A DNA stretch of 64,000 nt from the human T2T-CHM13v2.0 reference genome, Homo sapiens. The notes below the pieces were generated by a model. It was given only the letters and a program-made list of their open reading frames with translations, made no database searches and was not told the DNA's origin. Shown piece after piece: positions 1 to 15,539 of the stretch (position 1 is its first letter; the number at the start of each line of letters is the position of its first letter). Location: the NCBI RefSeq assembly GCF_009914755.1, contig NC_060928.1; one strand, 5' to 3'. The translations under genes were made by a program, and so were the position numbers.

Positions 1-43
1 ATTCTTGTGTATTAATAGTTTATAAGGGCAATAACTCTTCTTT

Positions 44-716
<673 letters not shown>

Positions 717-1185
717 CTATGCTATCCCCTCCTCCCTATTTTATTTCTTTACTTATTTATTAATAAAATTATTTATTTATGTAGTTAGTTATTTTGTTCA
801 GTTCATGTGAAAACACTGAATAAATATACAGAAATAAATGAAAAAATATTTTACTAAACCTTGAAAAAAGCACCATTCAGAAATATATCTGATACGTAAT
901 TTAAAAAAAGATTCATAGCTTTTTGGTAATTTTTCAGTTCAATACATCTAAACTTAATTTCAGCCATAGTTTGAGCCTCTATTCAAATTACGTAAAATCA
1001 AAACAGTCAAATGCACCAGAAAAATCGAATGAATTTTCCATTATTAAGTCAGAAAATTCATAGCCCGATTTTAATCTGACAACATGGTCAAGTTTTGGTG
1101 AGGTGGTCCTTCCTATTTTATTATTATTAAGCTATGGTAGCATTTAGTTTTTAAAGATAGTTATTGTATATAGAATAGTGATGTT

Positions 1186-1218
1186 ACACACACACACACA
1201 CACACATGTGCACACACA
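1186..1218. repeat. (CA)n microsatellite
   Basis: Direct inspection. Confidence 0.85.
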
Positions 1219-3689
1219 ATTTTATGCAAAAGAAAGCTGACTATTTGATCGGTAAAGACATTAACATACCATGAATAAATTATCTGCACCAAAGTGCTTG
1301 ATACAAAAATGTTATGGAATCAAGGATTTTAACTGTATATGCTTTAGCTCATTATAAGCAGAAGTTGCTTCCCAATTTCATTGTATATTTTCTTCAGTTT
1401 CTCTGAGACATTTGGCTAATGTGGCCCAACAATACAAGTGTGTGTAAGAGGACATAGAAAGCTAATATTATCTCCTCTTCACTTGTCTTCAGGGATTTAA
1501 GAGGCTGTCCATAATTGAAAATTTATCTTACTGTGGATTTGTGGATTGGAGTCAGTACATCCTGCCATAATGTGATGATATGTCTTTATCTCTATTATTT
1601 TTAAAAGCTGTAGCTATTTTGACACTGTATATATAAGTATATATATAGTGTTGAAATATGTATCTTTTTTACTACAGAATTTGTGGAAAAAACTTGTCAA
1701 TTTTTAATGTTTAAAGTATTACATTTCTCATCTTCAAAAAAAGGCTTGAAATAGTTTAAGAGTTTTCATTAGTTCTGAAACATTGTGATTATCCAAATAT
1801 GGACTTCATACTTTTTACATATATTAAAATATTTTAATTAACTTCTCCATAAAAATGTCTTAAAAGTCACGTTTCATTTTTTCTTATGAATTTGCTTGGA
1901 GAATAAAACATAAAATAATAATGACTTTCATTTGGGACAGAATCTTCCATAGCCAATAAAAAGTTTATATATGTCAGAGTACTTATGGGCATTTAGGATG
2001 AACTATATGCTAAAAGGATTAATGCCACACTTGTTTTCTAATAATTTTAGATCTTCTGCTTAATGTTAAGATATACAAGCTCACATTGAGGTATGTGTTT
2101 GTTTAAAAGCATCTCTAGTGATGTCAAAGTGATTATGGTAATAGTGTTAGTGAACTTTTGCTTTTTTGGCTGGACCACTGTGAATCAACAAAGCAAAAGA
2201 GAAAGGGGAAAAAAAAAGAAACAGACAGAGGTCATGTCTGAGAGTAGCTAATGGATGCTTTTGGTTTAATGATCTCTAAAATGTATTTTTTAATGCTCCT
2301 TAGAATTCAAAGAAACTTCTCCATTAGATTAACTGTTTTAATCACTGGGAACACTGATATTCTCCAGATGGCCAATCACATTTGTTTTTGGCTTCTGCTA
2401 TGTATTTTCATATCTGAATCTCTACAAAATCTGGGCAATCCAATATAGAACTCTTTGACTCTTTCTGTATGAAATAAAGGGGAACATTGTTATATGTCTT
2501 TCTTGGATCTGGATAATGATGTTTTGCCATCTGATATTTACTGGCAGTATTCAGCAAATTTGCCCTTAAGTATTGATTTATAATAATGCATGCTTTCCTA
2601 TCAAAAAAATTTTTAGGTACATGTCTGTGTGCACATGTGTGAGTTTTATCTATATTAATGTGAACTCAAAAGAAAAACACAAATTTTATTTCAGTTAATG
2701 TTATGTTTCCATGGTAAAGAAAAAACCTATAGAGATATACCCTAAAAAACTCTTAAGAGTTTCTTTCTGTAATGTGGGTCATATAGAAAATACTTCACAG
2801 ATCTTTGTCCAATTGATAGGCATTAAAGCTATACTTCAGCTGAACTGACAGGTGAACTGTCAAAATTTTTCTCTTTCTTTTCCTTTTTTTCCCCTTCTTT
2901 TAAAAATTATTAGATGTGAGCTATTAGCAGATCAACTCTAGACAAAAGTATCAGGGAGATGCCTCTTGACATCTTGACTCTTCAACATTTTTTTCTTTTT
3001 TTGACACCAAGCTTCCAACCAGATCCTAAGTTTTCCTTATATAATCCCTGAGTATAAATAAACTACTTATGCTAGAAAATTTACATAATTTAAAAAGGAG
3101 CTTATAAAGAGATGTTTAGACGTATGTAATGTTTAAACATATAAATACACACACCGCCCCCCATGCAAGGGCCATTCTCAAAAAAATGTATTGCTTATAT
3201 TACCTACCTACCTTCCTATAGAGTACCTTGGTGAAAAATAGAGTTGGGATGTAAAGCCTTCCTTAGATCTATAAAAGTACCCAATGTAGGGTCTCTGCCC
3301 ACTGATAGGAATGATTCTTAAAGGGGATCTATTGTATGAAAGCCTTTAAATTGTTTTATTATAAGTAGAATAAAAACTATAGGAAATTGGGGAAGATTAA
3401 ATTACCAGAAACTATTTGCAGAGCCCAGCGCTGAAGAAAACACCATGGTGCATAAGCCTTGATTAAAGTTATTAAATAAATTTGAGGAGTAAAAGAATGG
3501 TGTAAATTCACTGAAACATGTATATTAGAGGTGAAATGACCATAATAGTGTTTGCATAATGGTTTAAAATTTGGATATTCATATCAACAATGTTCCTAAT
3601 GATATGGGTTCTCTCTCTTTTTTTATTAGCATGCTTGTTATCTGTAAGAATACAAAATTATCAATTTAATTTTTAAAACAATTTTAAGC

Positions 3690-4237
3690 TTCTTTAAATT
3701 ATAATTAACAATTAGGATTTGTATATAGTTAAGGTTCACAAGTTTTTTTTTGATGCATGTATGCATTGTGAAATTATTATCACAATCAAGCTAGTTAACA
3801 TGTTCATCTCTCAGCTACTATTTTCTTTTCTTTTGATTTAAATTTGTGATAACACTTAAGATCTAGTCTCTCAGCAAATTTCAAGCATGTACTGTTATTA
3901 ATGGTAGTACTACCATACTGTACATTAGATCTCCAGAACTCATTTAGCTTGCATAACTGAAACTTTATACCCTTTGATCATCATCTCTCCTCTCTCCATC
4001 TCCTCCTTCTCCACTGCCACTGTCAACTCTCATTCTGCTTTCTACTGCTATAAGTTTGACTATTTTACATTCCAAATATAAGTGAGGTCATTCAATATTT
4101 GTTGTTCTGTGTCTGGCTTATTTTACTTAGCACAATGCCATCCAGGTTCATTCATATTGTTTCAAATAGCAATAGTTCCTTCAAATTTAAGGCTGAATAA
4201 TATTTTGTTGTCTAAATATACCACATTTTCTATATCA
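3690..4237 (-). mobile_element. L1M (L1MA/MB-like) 3' end
   Basis: Antisense L1 3' motifs (gtctggcttattttacttagc, ccaggttcattcat, ataccacattttc). Confidence 0.8.
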
Positions 4238-4242
4238 GTTTG

Positions 4243-4742
<500 letters not shown>

Positions 4743-6086
4743 AGAATTCTTATTTTCCAATCACAGCCAATCACTCTAAAAGACATTGATATTTGCTGAA
4801 CAGTTTTCAATAATCAATATTGATATCTTCAATATAGAAAAATTAAAATGTACTTAACACACCCCTAGTAATATATTGGCCGTGGTCATGAACACTCATT
4901 TATTTCAGGCAGCCAGGGTTTCAAATTATATAATTGCAATGACCTAATTAATACAATGACCTAATTAAGCTCAATGATAGGATTTAATCAAATTAAAGGA
5001 TTTCATGCATTTCTTCATTCTTGCTAAAATTACCAAGTGATGACAAAGTTTTATTCATGCAGTGAATATAGAACAGAATAAAAAGTAAAAGGCAAAGAAG
5101 AGAAAAGAAAGTCAGGATGGTGTTCTGTAAATAGTGTGTGATATCTGAGGATGCCAGTATTTAGGGCTTGGCTTTCTCAGCCTCTTTATAGGAAGATGGA
5201 CCTCAAAATTATTCGACTCTAAAAGGCCGAAAAGAGCCACCATATATGTACATGTCCTTCATGTGGGCAAAACCACTGCAGTTTGTTGAGATTAAAAGAA
5301 ACAAACAAACAAAAAAACGCACTCTTGACAAATGGTGAAATTTTATGAGCTCCAAAGCTCATAAAATAAAATTAATCCATGGAAACCTTAATGTTAGGAA
5401 GGGATTGGGATTTTATATATTAATGAGTGTTTGTTTTTTTTTGTCGAGACCACATGGAAGTTTGAAAGATAGTATATCCATGTTTTATCTTAAAATCACA
5501 TATTAGAATATACATTTTAATGATAAAATAAGATATACTATAGAGGAAAAAGAAAGAAGGAACTGTTTTCACAAGGCCACTATTTTATCTAGTTGATTAA
5601 ATAATATTCTTACTCTTTCACAGAAAAAAGTATTTATCTTCTCTTTAACATTTTTAGAAAAAAATATAAAAGGTGTAAACTTTGTGATTAGACTGTCATT
5701 TCCATACATAGCATTTTTAACAAAATTACTAAGATAAATCTTCATAAAAGCAAAAATACGTTTTTTTCCTGAATGCTATTGTCTTGAGATATTTCAGGAA
5801 ACATCTAAAACATCACTAAAATATAAATCAATGTCCAAAAAGAAAGAAGAAAATAATTTGGAGGTTATCGGTCAAAACTGTGTCTTGTTTTAACAATCAC
5901 AGACTTGCTAGAAGAACCAAAACAAGAAAGCAGAGATAACCTTTGATTCTAAAACAGATAAAAGAAACATTTCTAATTATTCTAACTCACACAATTTTTA
6001 ACTCTCAAAAAATTGGCACATGTGTACTTACTGAATTAAACAATGTTTTAATCTCAAGTTGCTTCAACACTTTTCATTGTAAAAAA

Positions 6087-6267
6087 TCATCTGCTTTATC
6101 AGTCATCACTGTGAAATTTTGAGAAGATTTAAGTAAAATATTAGCTTTAAAGTATTCAGATACCGTATTTTTAATAATCTGCCAGCTTGGTTATTTCTGA
6201 TGGATTTTCCATCACAGTCAATCTGTGTTCCCTTACTTTATTTCTAGCCGGAGCCAAATATTAAACA
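6087..6267 (+). repeat. Copy 1 of a ~180-bp local direct duplication
   Basis: Aligns by eye to 8218-8403 with scattered substitutions and small indels. Confidence 0.9.
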
Positions 6268-7271
6268 ATGACACTATATATCTTTCTGTACAATTTGCCA
6301 GTTTGGGTTACTGTGGAACCTAGGTGCTCCTGAATTGTCCTTGTGAATCACCACTCTTCCGAGAAAAGACTGAACAAAGAAATGATTTATTTACTGAAAC
6401 ATCAATGTATTTTTTAAGCTACATAACTCAAGGATGTTTTACCCAAGATAGAAAAGGCTTTTTGCAGGGATCAAAGTGGTGGTATCTTTAAATAAAAATA
6501 GGAGCCATTAAACCATTTTAGGAAATGTTATAATTATTAAGAAAATAAAATTGTATTAAAAGTTTTCTACAGGCTTTTATATTTAAAAGTAGTCTTTGTC
6601 AAAATAGTTTTGGAAAGCCACTTTCATCCTGCTATTTTGCAAGTTTTCTGTATTTCAGGTGCATGGTCTCTAGAATGGGTTGCTGCTTGGCCTAAATTAA
6701 TTCAAATGTAACTTAGAGATAATTATATGATATATCTTGCAACCTAATGGGAAATAAAAATAATTACCTTGTATAATACTATCTGACTCAAATAATTGGG
6801 ATGAGTTCATTGAAATTTCCAAATTTGAGGTGCTTTGAATAGCATAGACTCCCAGAGTATGCAGTGTAAAGAATTCTAAGTGAGATATGTTTGTCCACTT
6901 TTGTATTTAACTCTTCATAACTTTCACATTTCTTAATGAGGCTGTTCTTTTTCAAGTGCTGTTCTTTCCAGTAACCAAATCCTCTTTGGGGTTTTCCTAT
7001 TGTCTTAATTAAAGATACTGTATTTGATTGATTTAATTATCTCTCTGCATCATAAAATTTATAGTATTATTTGTATAGACATCTTTAGGAGTCATTCAGT
7101 GTAATTTTAAAAATAAGTGCTTGACATATTTAATTTGTGATGCCATTGATTTTACCATTATAAAATATACCAAAGTATACAAAATGTATATACATAGCAA
7201 TTAAATAATGATAGCACTCAATTATGCATTCATAGACATTCTCTTGTGCTGTGTTATTAAAGAAAATTAAA

Positions 7272-7599
<328 letters not shown>

Positions 7600-8217
7600 T
7601 TATAAATACATGAATGAAGTCATAATTAAAAACTATATGCTATCATATGTAGTTATATGTACATTTATATAAAATATATAATATATATGAATTAATAAGA
7701 TTACGTTAATAACTAAGTATAGTGTGTTCTGTTATAAAGTTCTTTAATTATGGGCATATAAATAGGACCTGACTTATAATATATTCTGCTCATATATTTA
7801 AATATATTAAATAAATTCTGCTCATATATTTAAAGATATTAGCCAGATTAGTCCAGTGATTCCTTTTCTACTTAGGTCCTATCACTTGGAAATTCTCCCC
7901 TCATCCCCGATTTTTTTTTTACTTATTGTTTTCTCACAACCTTTTGCTAAGTGACTCCTGGAACATGATATGTTGCTTTATAGTTTATCCTAATGCTGCT
8001 CCAGTTCAATTTCTACACTGATAAGGCTAAGTGAGATGAATGGAACAAATGGATCCATTCCACTTGTTGGATCTATTGCCATTTTGCCTACCAATTTTCC
8101 GTTTTGACTACCAATTAAAACCCTAAAAGCTGAGGAGATGTTTTTGACTGCAAAGCAGTCTTCTTATCCTGGAAGTTGGAATGTCAATATCCCTACCTAA
8201 TACTTTCCTTAGTTAGG

Positions 8218-8403
8218 TCATCACTGCTTTATTGGTCATCACTGTGAAGTCAATTTTGCGAGGATTTAAATAAAATGTTAGCTTAAGACTATTAGATATC
8301 ATATTTTTAATAATCTGCCAGCTTGGTTGTTTCTGATGGATTTTCCATCACAGTCAACTTGTGTTCCCTTACTTTATTTCCAGCTGGAGCCAAATATTAA
8401 ACA
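8218..8403 (+). repeat. Copy 2 of the ~180-bp local direct duplication
   Basis: Aligns to 6087-6267. Confidence 0.9.
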
Positions 8404-9733
8404 TTATCATAGTTAGAATGAAATGAAATAATGTCATCAGCGTATTAGCACCTATTAAGAACCCTTCAAAAAAGCTGTTATTATTATTATTTTATTCTAC
8501 TAAGTTATATGCATTTTAAGTGTTCTTATAATTGAATAATTCAATAATTAGGTATAATTATGAAGAACTTCAAAGATTAAAATTACTTTCAGTATTATAT
8601 TCTTCCCCATGGAGATTATACTTTGTGGCTCAATCATCTATTTTAAAAGTTAGCTTTTGTAAAACCACCTATTACATAATTTGGTAGGTACGTATAAATG
8701 CAAATTATCAAACCATTACTGTAAAAACTATGTTGTTGAACTTATATTTTCAAAATGTGTCTTTGTAAACTTACCATGTTAGCTATTGATTTCAAAACCA
8801 TAAATATGTATTTAAATAAGCTCTTAATCAGGCTAAAGTTACAGCAGAAATATTGCATCATCTAGCACAACTTTAGAAACTCTCCCTTGGCAGTAATTGT
8901 CCCTGCCTCCCTTTGGGTATTTTGGGCACTGATATTCTATAATGGGCCATTAAGAAAGGTGCTTAATTTGAGACCCACCTAGGTGCACCGTACTGAGATG
9001 AGATAATTTCAAAACATGTGTATTTTCTCTCTTGCCCGGTTGCTACTGATACACTAACTACTGAGAATGAAATATGGGAAAATTATATTGCGATATTTTG
9101 TGAATTGCAAAAGAGACCACATTTCTTTCATAATCTCAAGAACAATTTAAGACTTATTATACAGATATCCTTTTTATGTAAAGAATTTTTTAAATTTGTT
9201 AATTTTTCTGCTATAGATGTATTTATTTCCATTATTTTACAGTAATCTTTTCTCATTACTGTTTAAGCCCCTTTTGAAAAAATATTGAAATTTTTTAAAA
9301 ATGTGAATATCAAGCGTTTTAAACTCAAATTGTCTATGTGAAAGAGATATATGTGACTGACCCTCATGATAACCAAACCTCAGTGAAACTATGTTATGTT
9401 AACCTAGCTCATGATGAGATATACCTTCCCCTGCATTCCTTTTTGTCTTGGAAAGTGTTCAAAGAAAGTGTAAGTAAATGTGTATTTTTTCCTTATCCAC
9501 TGGAAGGAGTTGGAATAGGATGAATTTGACTTTACTACCTCAATTCTTACAACTTCTCTATTCTAGGCTTTATTTTTAAGTCAGTTACTTAGAAACTGTC
9601 ATTGTTTTCAGAGAAACAGTGTTAAGAAGTGAGATGTTTCCTAGTTTAGACCCTGAAATGCATACTGTAGCTTAATAGGATTTGGATTATTTAAGAAGAT
9701 ATTTAAAGCTCATTAGTCTCAGCTATGGAATGC

Positions 9734-10060
<327 letters not shown>

Positions 10061-10997
10061 TATGGAATTTTTTTTAACCAAACTTGACTATAATGCCAGT
10101 TGCATTGATAATGATTTTAGAATTTCACAGGATAAGGATGATACTGATTTTATATTTAAATCAAATCCTGGAATTCCATTTATAACACACATTGTCACTA
10201 GATGCGATATATTGTCACAATTATCAATCATGAACTACTCAGGTGATTTTATTTATACAGTTGCCATAGGTGTAAGGCTTATTAGTCTATCCTAATCATA
10301 AAGGCTCTAAGATAGTAAAAATCCAGCAAATATTAGAAACATTCGAGGATACGTTGACCTATCATATACCAAGTTCCATCTTTGAGTTAGAATTAGTATG
10401 AGAAAGTCACAACTAATTCAACTTTGAAGATATATTTGGTTATTCTCAGTAATATTCAGAATAATCTCAGTTCCCTTTTAAGGAAAATTAATAACAGAAT
10501 TAAATACTCTTACTGATTGAAATCATACTGATATATTTTGAAATCTTTTAAAAACTTTTATTTGGGAAAACCTTTCTTTTTTTCTGATTGTTTTAAACTT
10601 TTGCTGTAACTTAAAAAGCACATGCTTGCCTTCTGAGATCCTGGAAGATCATGGTTCTTGGTTACTCTCCTAATGAAATCTGTGATGTTGCCCTTCATTT
10701 ACCCAATACATGCATGAGTAAAATGGGTTATTGCTATCTCTTCAGATGTGCCAAAGACATATATAATGCCAGATAAAAATTATTCAGAGTGAAGATATTG
10801 AAGGCCTGTTTACGGCATGATTCTTGCAGGCTAAAGTTTGTTTTAATATTTTAGTGTATAGCTATACTCTAGGTCTTCACCTCACTCCATTCAACCTACA
10901 AGTTAAAGACTAATCACACCTAGCTGAAAGCTCCTCACATAAGCTCCTTTACATAAGGTATGCTACAGAATCTGTAGTCAGTATAGGTGACGAGAAG

Positions 10998-11283
10998 CAG
11001 TAGAATCTAATGACTGAAAACACAAACCTTGGGTCTAGACTGCTTTGATGCAAATCTGGGCTTTATTACTTTTAACTATGTGGCCTCAACAAGTTCTTTA
11101 ACTCTCCATCCCTCGATTTCCTCATTTGCCAATTAGGAATAAGATAGCCCCTTCCTTATGGAGTTTTTATAGGATATACAATAATGTTTATAGTTAGAAG
11201 CAATTAAATGAGTTAATACATGGGAGGCTTTCAGAACAGTGTCTGGCACAGTAAGGGCTTAATAAATGTTAGTAGTTATTATT
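10998..11283 (+). mobile_element. MIR
   Basis: Core-like gatttcctcatttg and 3' end agaacagtgtctggcacagtaag...taataaatgttag. Confidence 0.7.
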
Positions 11284-12884
11284 AGGAAGATGATTATTTT
11301 TCTTGGTTCTCTGTAGATTTTGGAATAAATTCATACATTCCTGTTTGAACTGAATTTATTTACTTTGAAGTAGACACCTATTATGTTCTGAATGTTTTAA
11401 GTGTAGCTTACTTGCCTTTCCTGATTTCTAGTAGACTTGGAATCATAAAAATCAATCCTTGATTATTGTCTTAAATGGCATATTGTTAATAATTGTTAAT
11501 TTTTAAAATATATTTTAAAAGTATAGCTATGTTCATTTAGACTTGTTTTTCATAACTAGTTATCATGAATATTTGAGATTTTATGCGTGATTTTATTTTT
11601 AAAGAGCAAAGGTTCTATCTTACCAATTGTATATATAGAAAGAACATGAGGTTCATTTTTTAGTTTTAATTATTGGGGAGTCAAGCAAGTGTTTTCCAAA
11701 TTAATTGATTTTAACATAATTATTTATATACACCTTTAGTTTAAAACTCACTGATTTTATTTCCAGTTGAACGTATCAATATAGACAAATATTATCAAAG
11801 CCTATTGGTAATGTTCTCCAATCAAATGCTTTGTGGGATCTCAGAAAAGATGTTAACTCAAGGGCACTTCACAAGAAAGTGATCCTGTGTCGAACATTAA
11901 TCTATTTCATAGATAATAGATGTGCTGCTCTAAAGCCAAAAAATAGCAATGTTCATTAAATATAAATTTGTTTCTAAACATTAATAGACATTTATTAGAT
12001 CACAACACTACCTGAGAGACAATTAAATGAAACTTTTATGCTAGAAAAGTTTCCTATTAAAATTACCCTAGAGAGATTGTCTTCTAACTTAGCATCAAGT
12101 TATGTATTTAAAATATAATTATAAGGGGAAGTGCCTTTTTTACTTCAGTGATAAAAAAATAAATATTATTTGCCAGTGTTTCAGATGATGTGTTGAGATT
12201 TAGCATTTCATTGCTTGAAACATGTTTTGGGTAACCTTAAAATTAAGGTTAACCATAAAATTCACTGAAGATAAATAAGTCTTCCTTGCTCTGATCTCTC
12301 TGAAACTTATGTAGGGTATTGCAGGGAAGAAATGAGGGAAGAATGGAGGCATGACTCAAAGTTCTAGTGCAAGTGTCACTTTATACCTGAACTACTCTCC
12401 CTACTCCCAATTTGATTCAACTTTTTACTGTATCTTCCGTGCCCATCCTATGTTTTTTTCCGTTTTCCCTCCTGACTTTTGTTTACTTCCACACTGACAA
12501 GACATTACAGTGATATTTCTACAACTTGAAAAATTGTTGACTTAACGTTCTTCAAATAATCTATTAATTTAAATCACATGCTGGACTTATAGGTCATTGT
12601 GAACTCCCACCATACTAACTCTGGCAAATATTGTTACTGACACAGATTGCTTAAGGTATTTTTCTTTTCTCTCCATTTTCTCCTATGTACCATGACCAAT
12701 TTAATCTTCTAAAAGCATGGTATTTACAATGGACCTTCTGATTCTATCCCCTTTTCTAGTTGACCACTCACAATCTTTTATCGAATGTTCTTCTATCCCA
12801 CTTACCACTAAATGCAATCTCATTTACCATTTATGACCCCACTTTTAAATATAAATCCTTCACTAAATGAGAACAAGAATTTTT

Positions 12885-13095
12885 CTCATTGATCGAATGC
12901 CTACTCTTGCCAGGAAGCTTTATAGCTTCTTATATATATTACCTTTATTTAAGCCTTAAACCACCTGGTAAAATAAGTATTAAATTCAGATGTGAACATT
13001 AGGGTATAGAAAATTTAAGTAATCTGCTTATGTCATACAGCTCACAACTCAAAGAGAAAGGACTTAAAACTGTCCTTTTCACACTCTAAAGCTCC
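12885..13095 (-). mobile_element. MIR (degenerate)
   Basis: agatgtgaacattagg...ttaagtaatctgcttatgtcatacagct. Confidence 0.5.
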
Positions 13096-15404
13096 TATTA
13101 TGTCCTGTATTCATGCTGCTTCTCATGACCCAGACTTTTTGATGTTTTATACTTGAAAACAGTAGCTTAGTTTAAAAAAAAAAATCTATGCAGATATAAA
13201 GGACTAGGAAAATATGGCTACATTCAGTTCTAGGTCAAGGTAAATACATATTTATTATAGACGAAATTTCTTCCAAGTTGTGTTTGACTTGAATGTGTTA
13301 TAAAATATACATCTATCCAGATAAGTCATTACTGCCAGATGCAGAACAATACCATTCTATCTAAAAGTGCTGTAATTATCTGGAATCAATATTTGATCTC
13401 AAATAGCATAATGACTGCTAAGCTGTGTTATGCAAATCTGGAACTCTGACAAAAATATTATACTAAAAAATGCAAAAGCTGCATTTTTTTCTGTGATGTC
13501 ACTATCTAAATAATAGTTTATTAATATACTGATTCATTTAACACCTCTATTGATTCAGGCTCCTCATATCAAACCAAAGATATTTAAAAAATTGAATTCA
13601 CAACAAAATGTTTGAATATTTAGGAGCAATATAGAGGATTATAACAGTTTTGGGGATATATTTGCTGTAAATATTTACCCCCACTCTTAAAAGACAATAC
13701 TTGGAGTAATTTATATGTGTTGATATATTTTGTGCCTTTAACTATTATAAATTTCATGATTTGCAACCAATCAAAATGAATTTATATTCCTTGGTATAGC
13801 CTTCAAAATATTTCCTATTCCACCCTAATAGATTCTTCCTATTACTGTCTACTGCTCCTCACTTCTTCCTGAGAAACCAGATGACTTGCAGTTCTGCAAC
13901 ACGCTGCCTTTTTCCACCTCTTTACCTTTACCATAGCAACTCTTAATCCAAAACGTTCTTCCTCCACGTACTGTTGAGTGAGATCTTAGCCATTCTTCAA
14001 ATTATAGCACAATTACCACTCTCACAGATCTTCCAGATCTTTCAAGCTGTGTTATCTCCTCGGTTTTTTTCAACTCTCTTCTTCTTTATCAAATTTGGAT
14101 TTATATTTTACCACTTGTAGTATTTACTGCATTATCTCATCTTCATTCTCTTCCTCATTGTTTCCTTCTCTTCCTCATTGTTTCCTTCTCCTCTTTCACT
14201 GGTTCTTCCTCCTCCTTCTTTAATGCAGGAATTATGCCTTGTATATCTTACCATAACCCCATGACCAAACACAGTGCATACTTGTAATAAATTAACAAAG
14301 AAACACACATGTAAATTTGTTGAATTAAATGTTTCTTGAAAATATTAAAGAAGATGATTGAAAGTTTGTCCTCTATGAATTTCCAAAGGGTGTTAGCACT
14401 ATTTAAGAAAGTATTCATGATTAGAACATTTAACTCATTGTTGCTGCTGACTAAACTCAGTGGTTAAATGCTTTCTTCATACTTATTTAATATAAGGTTA
14501 TTTGACCCCCTCAATATTGAAAAAAAAAAAGAAAAGATCCTTGAGTCTTACTGTAAGTGCCTTGGTTTTCAGAAACTCTGAAACCAAGAGTTTCAGGAGA
14601 AACTCTATGAATAATGGGAGGACCCAAACTAATGATGCTTTACAATTCCATAGTGTATTCACATGCACTCTGTAAATTGAGAAACAATACATGTAATTTT
14701 TCAAGAAAACAAGAAAACCTTAAAGGAGAAGCATATGTGTAGGTTTCAGACATTGTAAATTATAGCTAAAATTTACAAAACATAATATATTTTACTGAGT
14801 TCAAACTCCTTTAAAACTCATTTTGCTTTTGCCCAATGATGATCATACCAAATATATTAACATTTGATAGGATGGTGATGGAAAGAACCTGTGTTATATT
14901 CAGGGAATTTTTCTTCTTGCTGTCCTACTCTTTTCCTCTGGGTTAATTGTATCATAGAGCTCTCATTCACATCAGAAGGAGTCTTCCATGTAGAACCACT
15001 TTTGGAACGATAATTTTTTTGTGAGAGATGTCCTCTGTCACTTCGTAGGGCATGGATTATGAAGCATTGCTGTAATGTACCTATGATTCTGCAATATTGT
15101 AAAATAATGGAAATACTGGAATCTTGAATTGAATAATAAGCATTTAAGTCCCTCACCTAAGCATTTATGCATAATTACTCTAGTTAAAATATATTTTCTA
15201 GTTTTACTAAGTTAAATTTCTAAGAAATGCTTGGCTATCTTTGGTTACTATGGACAGATATTATTTACAAAGGTAGAGAGCTATGTGCACACAAATCACG
15301 ATTACTTTGTTGCTCTGATATCAGATATTTTCTTTACTTGTTAATGAAGTGACAAATGATTAAATAAAACAACTGGTTATTCTTCTTTGTAATTTATATC
15401 ATTT

Positions 15405-15539
15405 CTTTTTCATTATTTTTGTAGACACAGGGTGTTGCTTTGTTGACCAAGCTGGTCTTGAACTCCTGGCCTCAAGCAATATTCCCCGCTTGATATCCCA
15501 AAGTGTTGGGATTACAGGCATGAGCCACGATGCCTGTCC
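15405..15539 (-). mobile_element. FLAM/AluJ left monomer
   Basis: gtagacacagg...gctggtcttgaactcctggcctcaagc...ccaaagtgttgggattacaggcatgagccac. Confidence 0.85.

Noticed and set aside
7781-7841. Short tandem duplications (also ~14146-14190, 20121-20151, 53527-53565, 54139-54200)
   Set aside because: Two to three copies without unique spacers; ordinary slippage, not CRISPR-like arrays.
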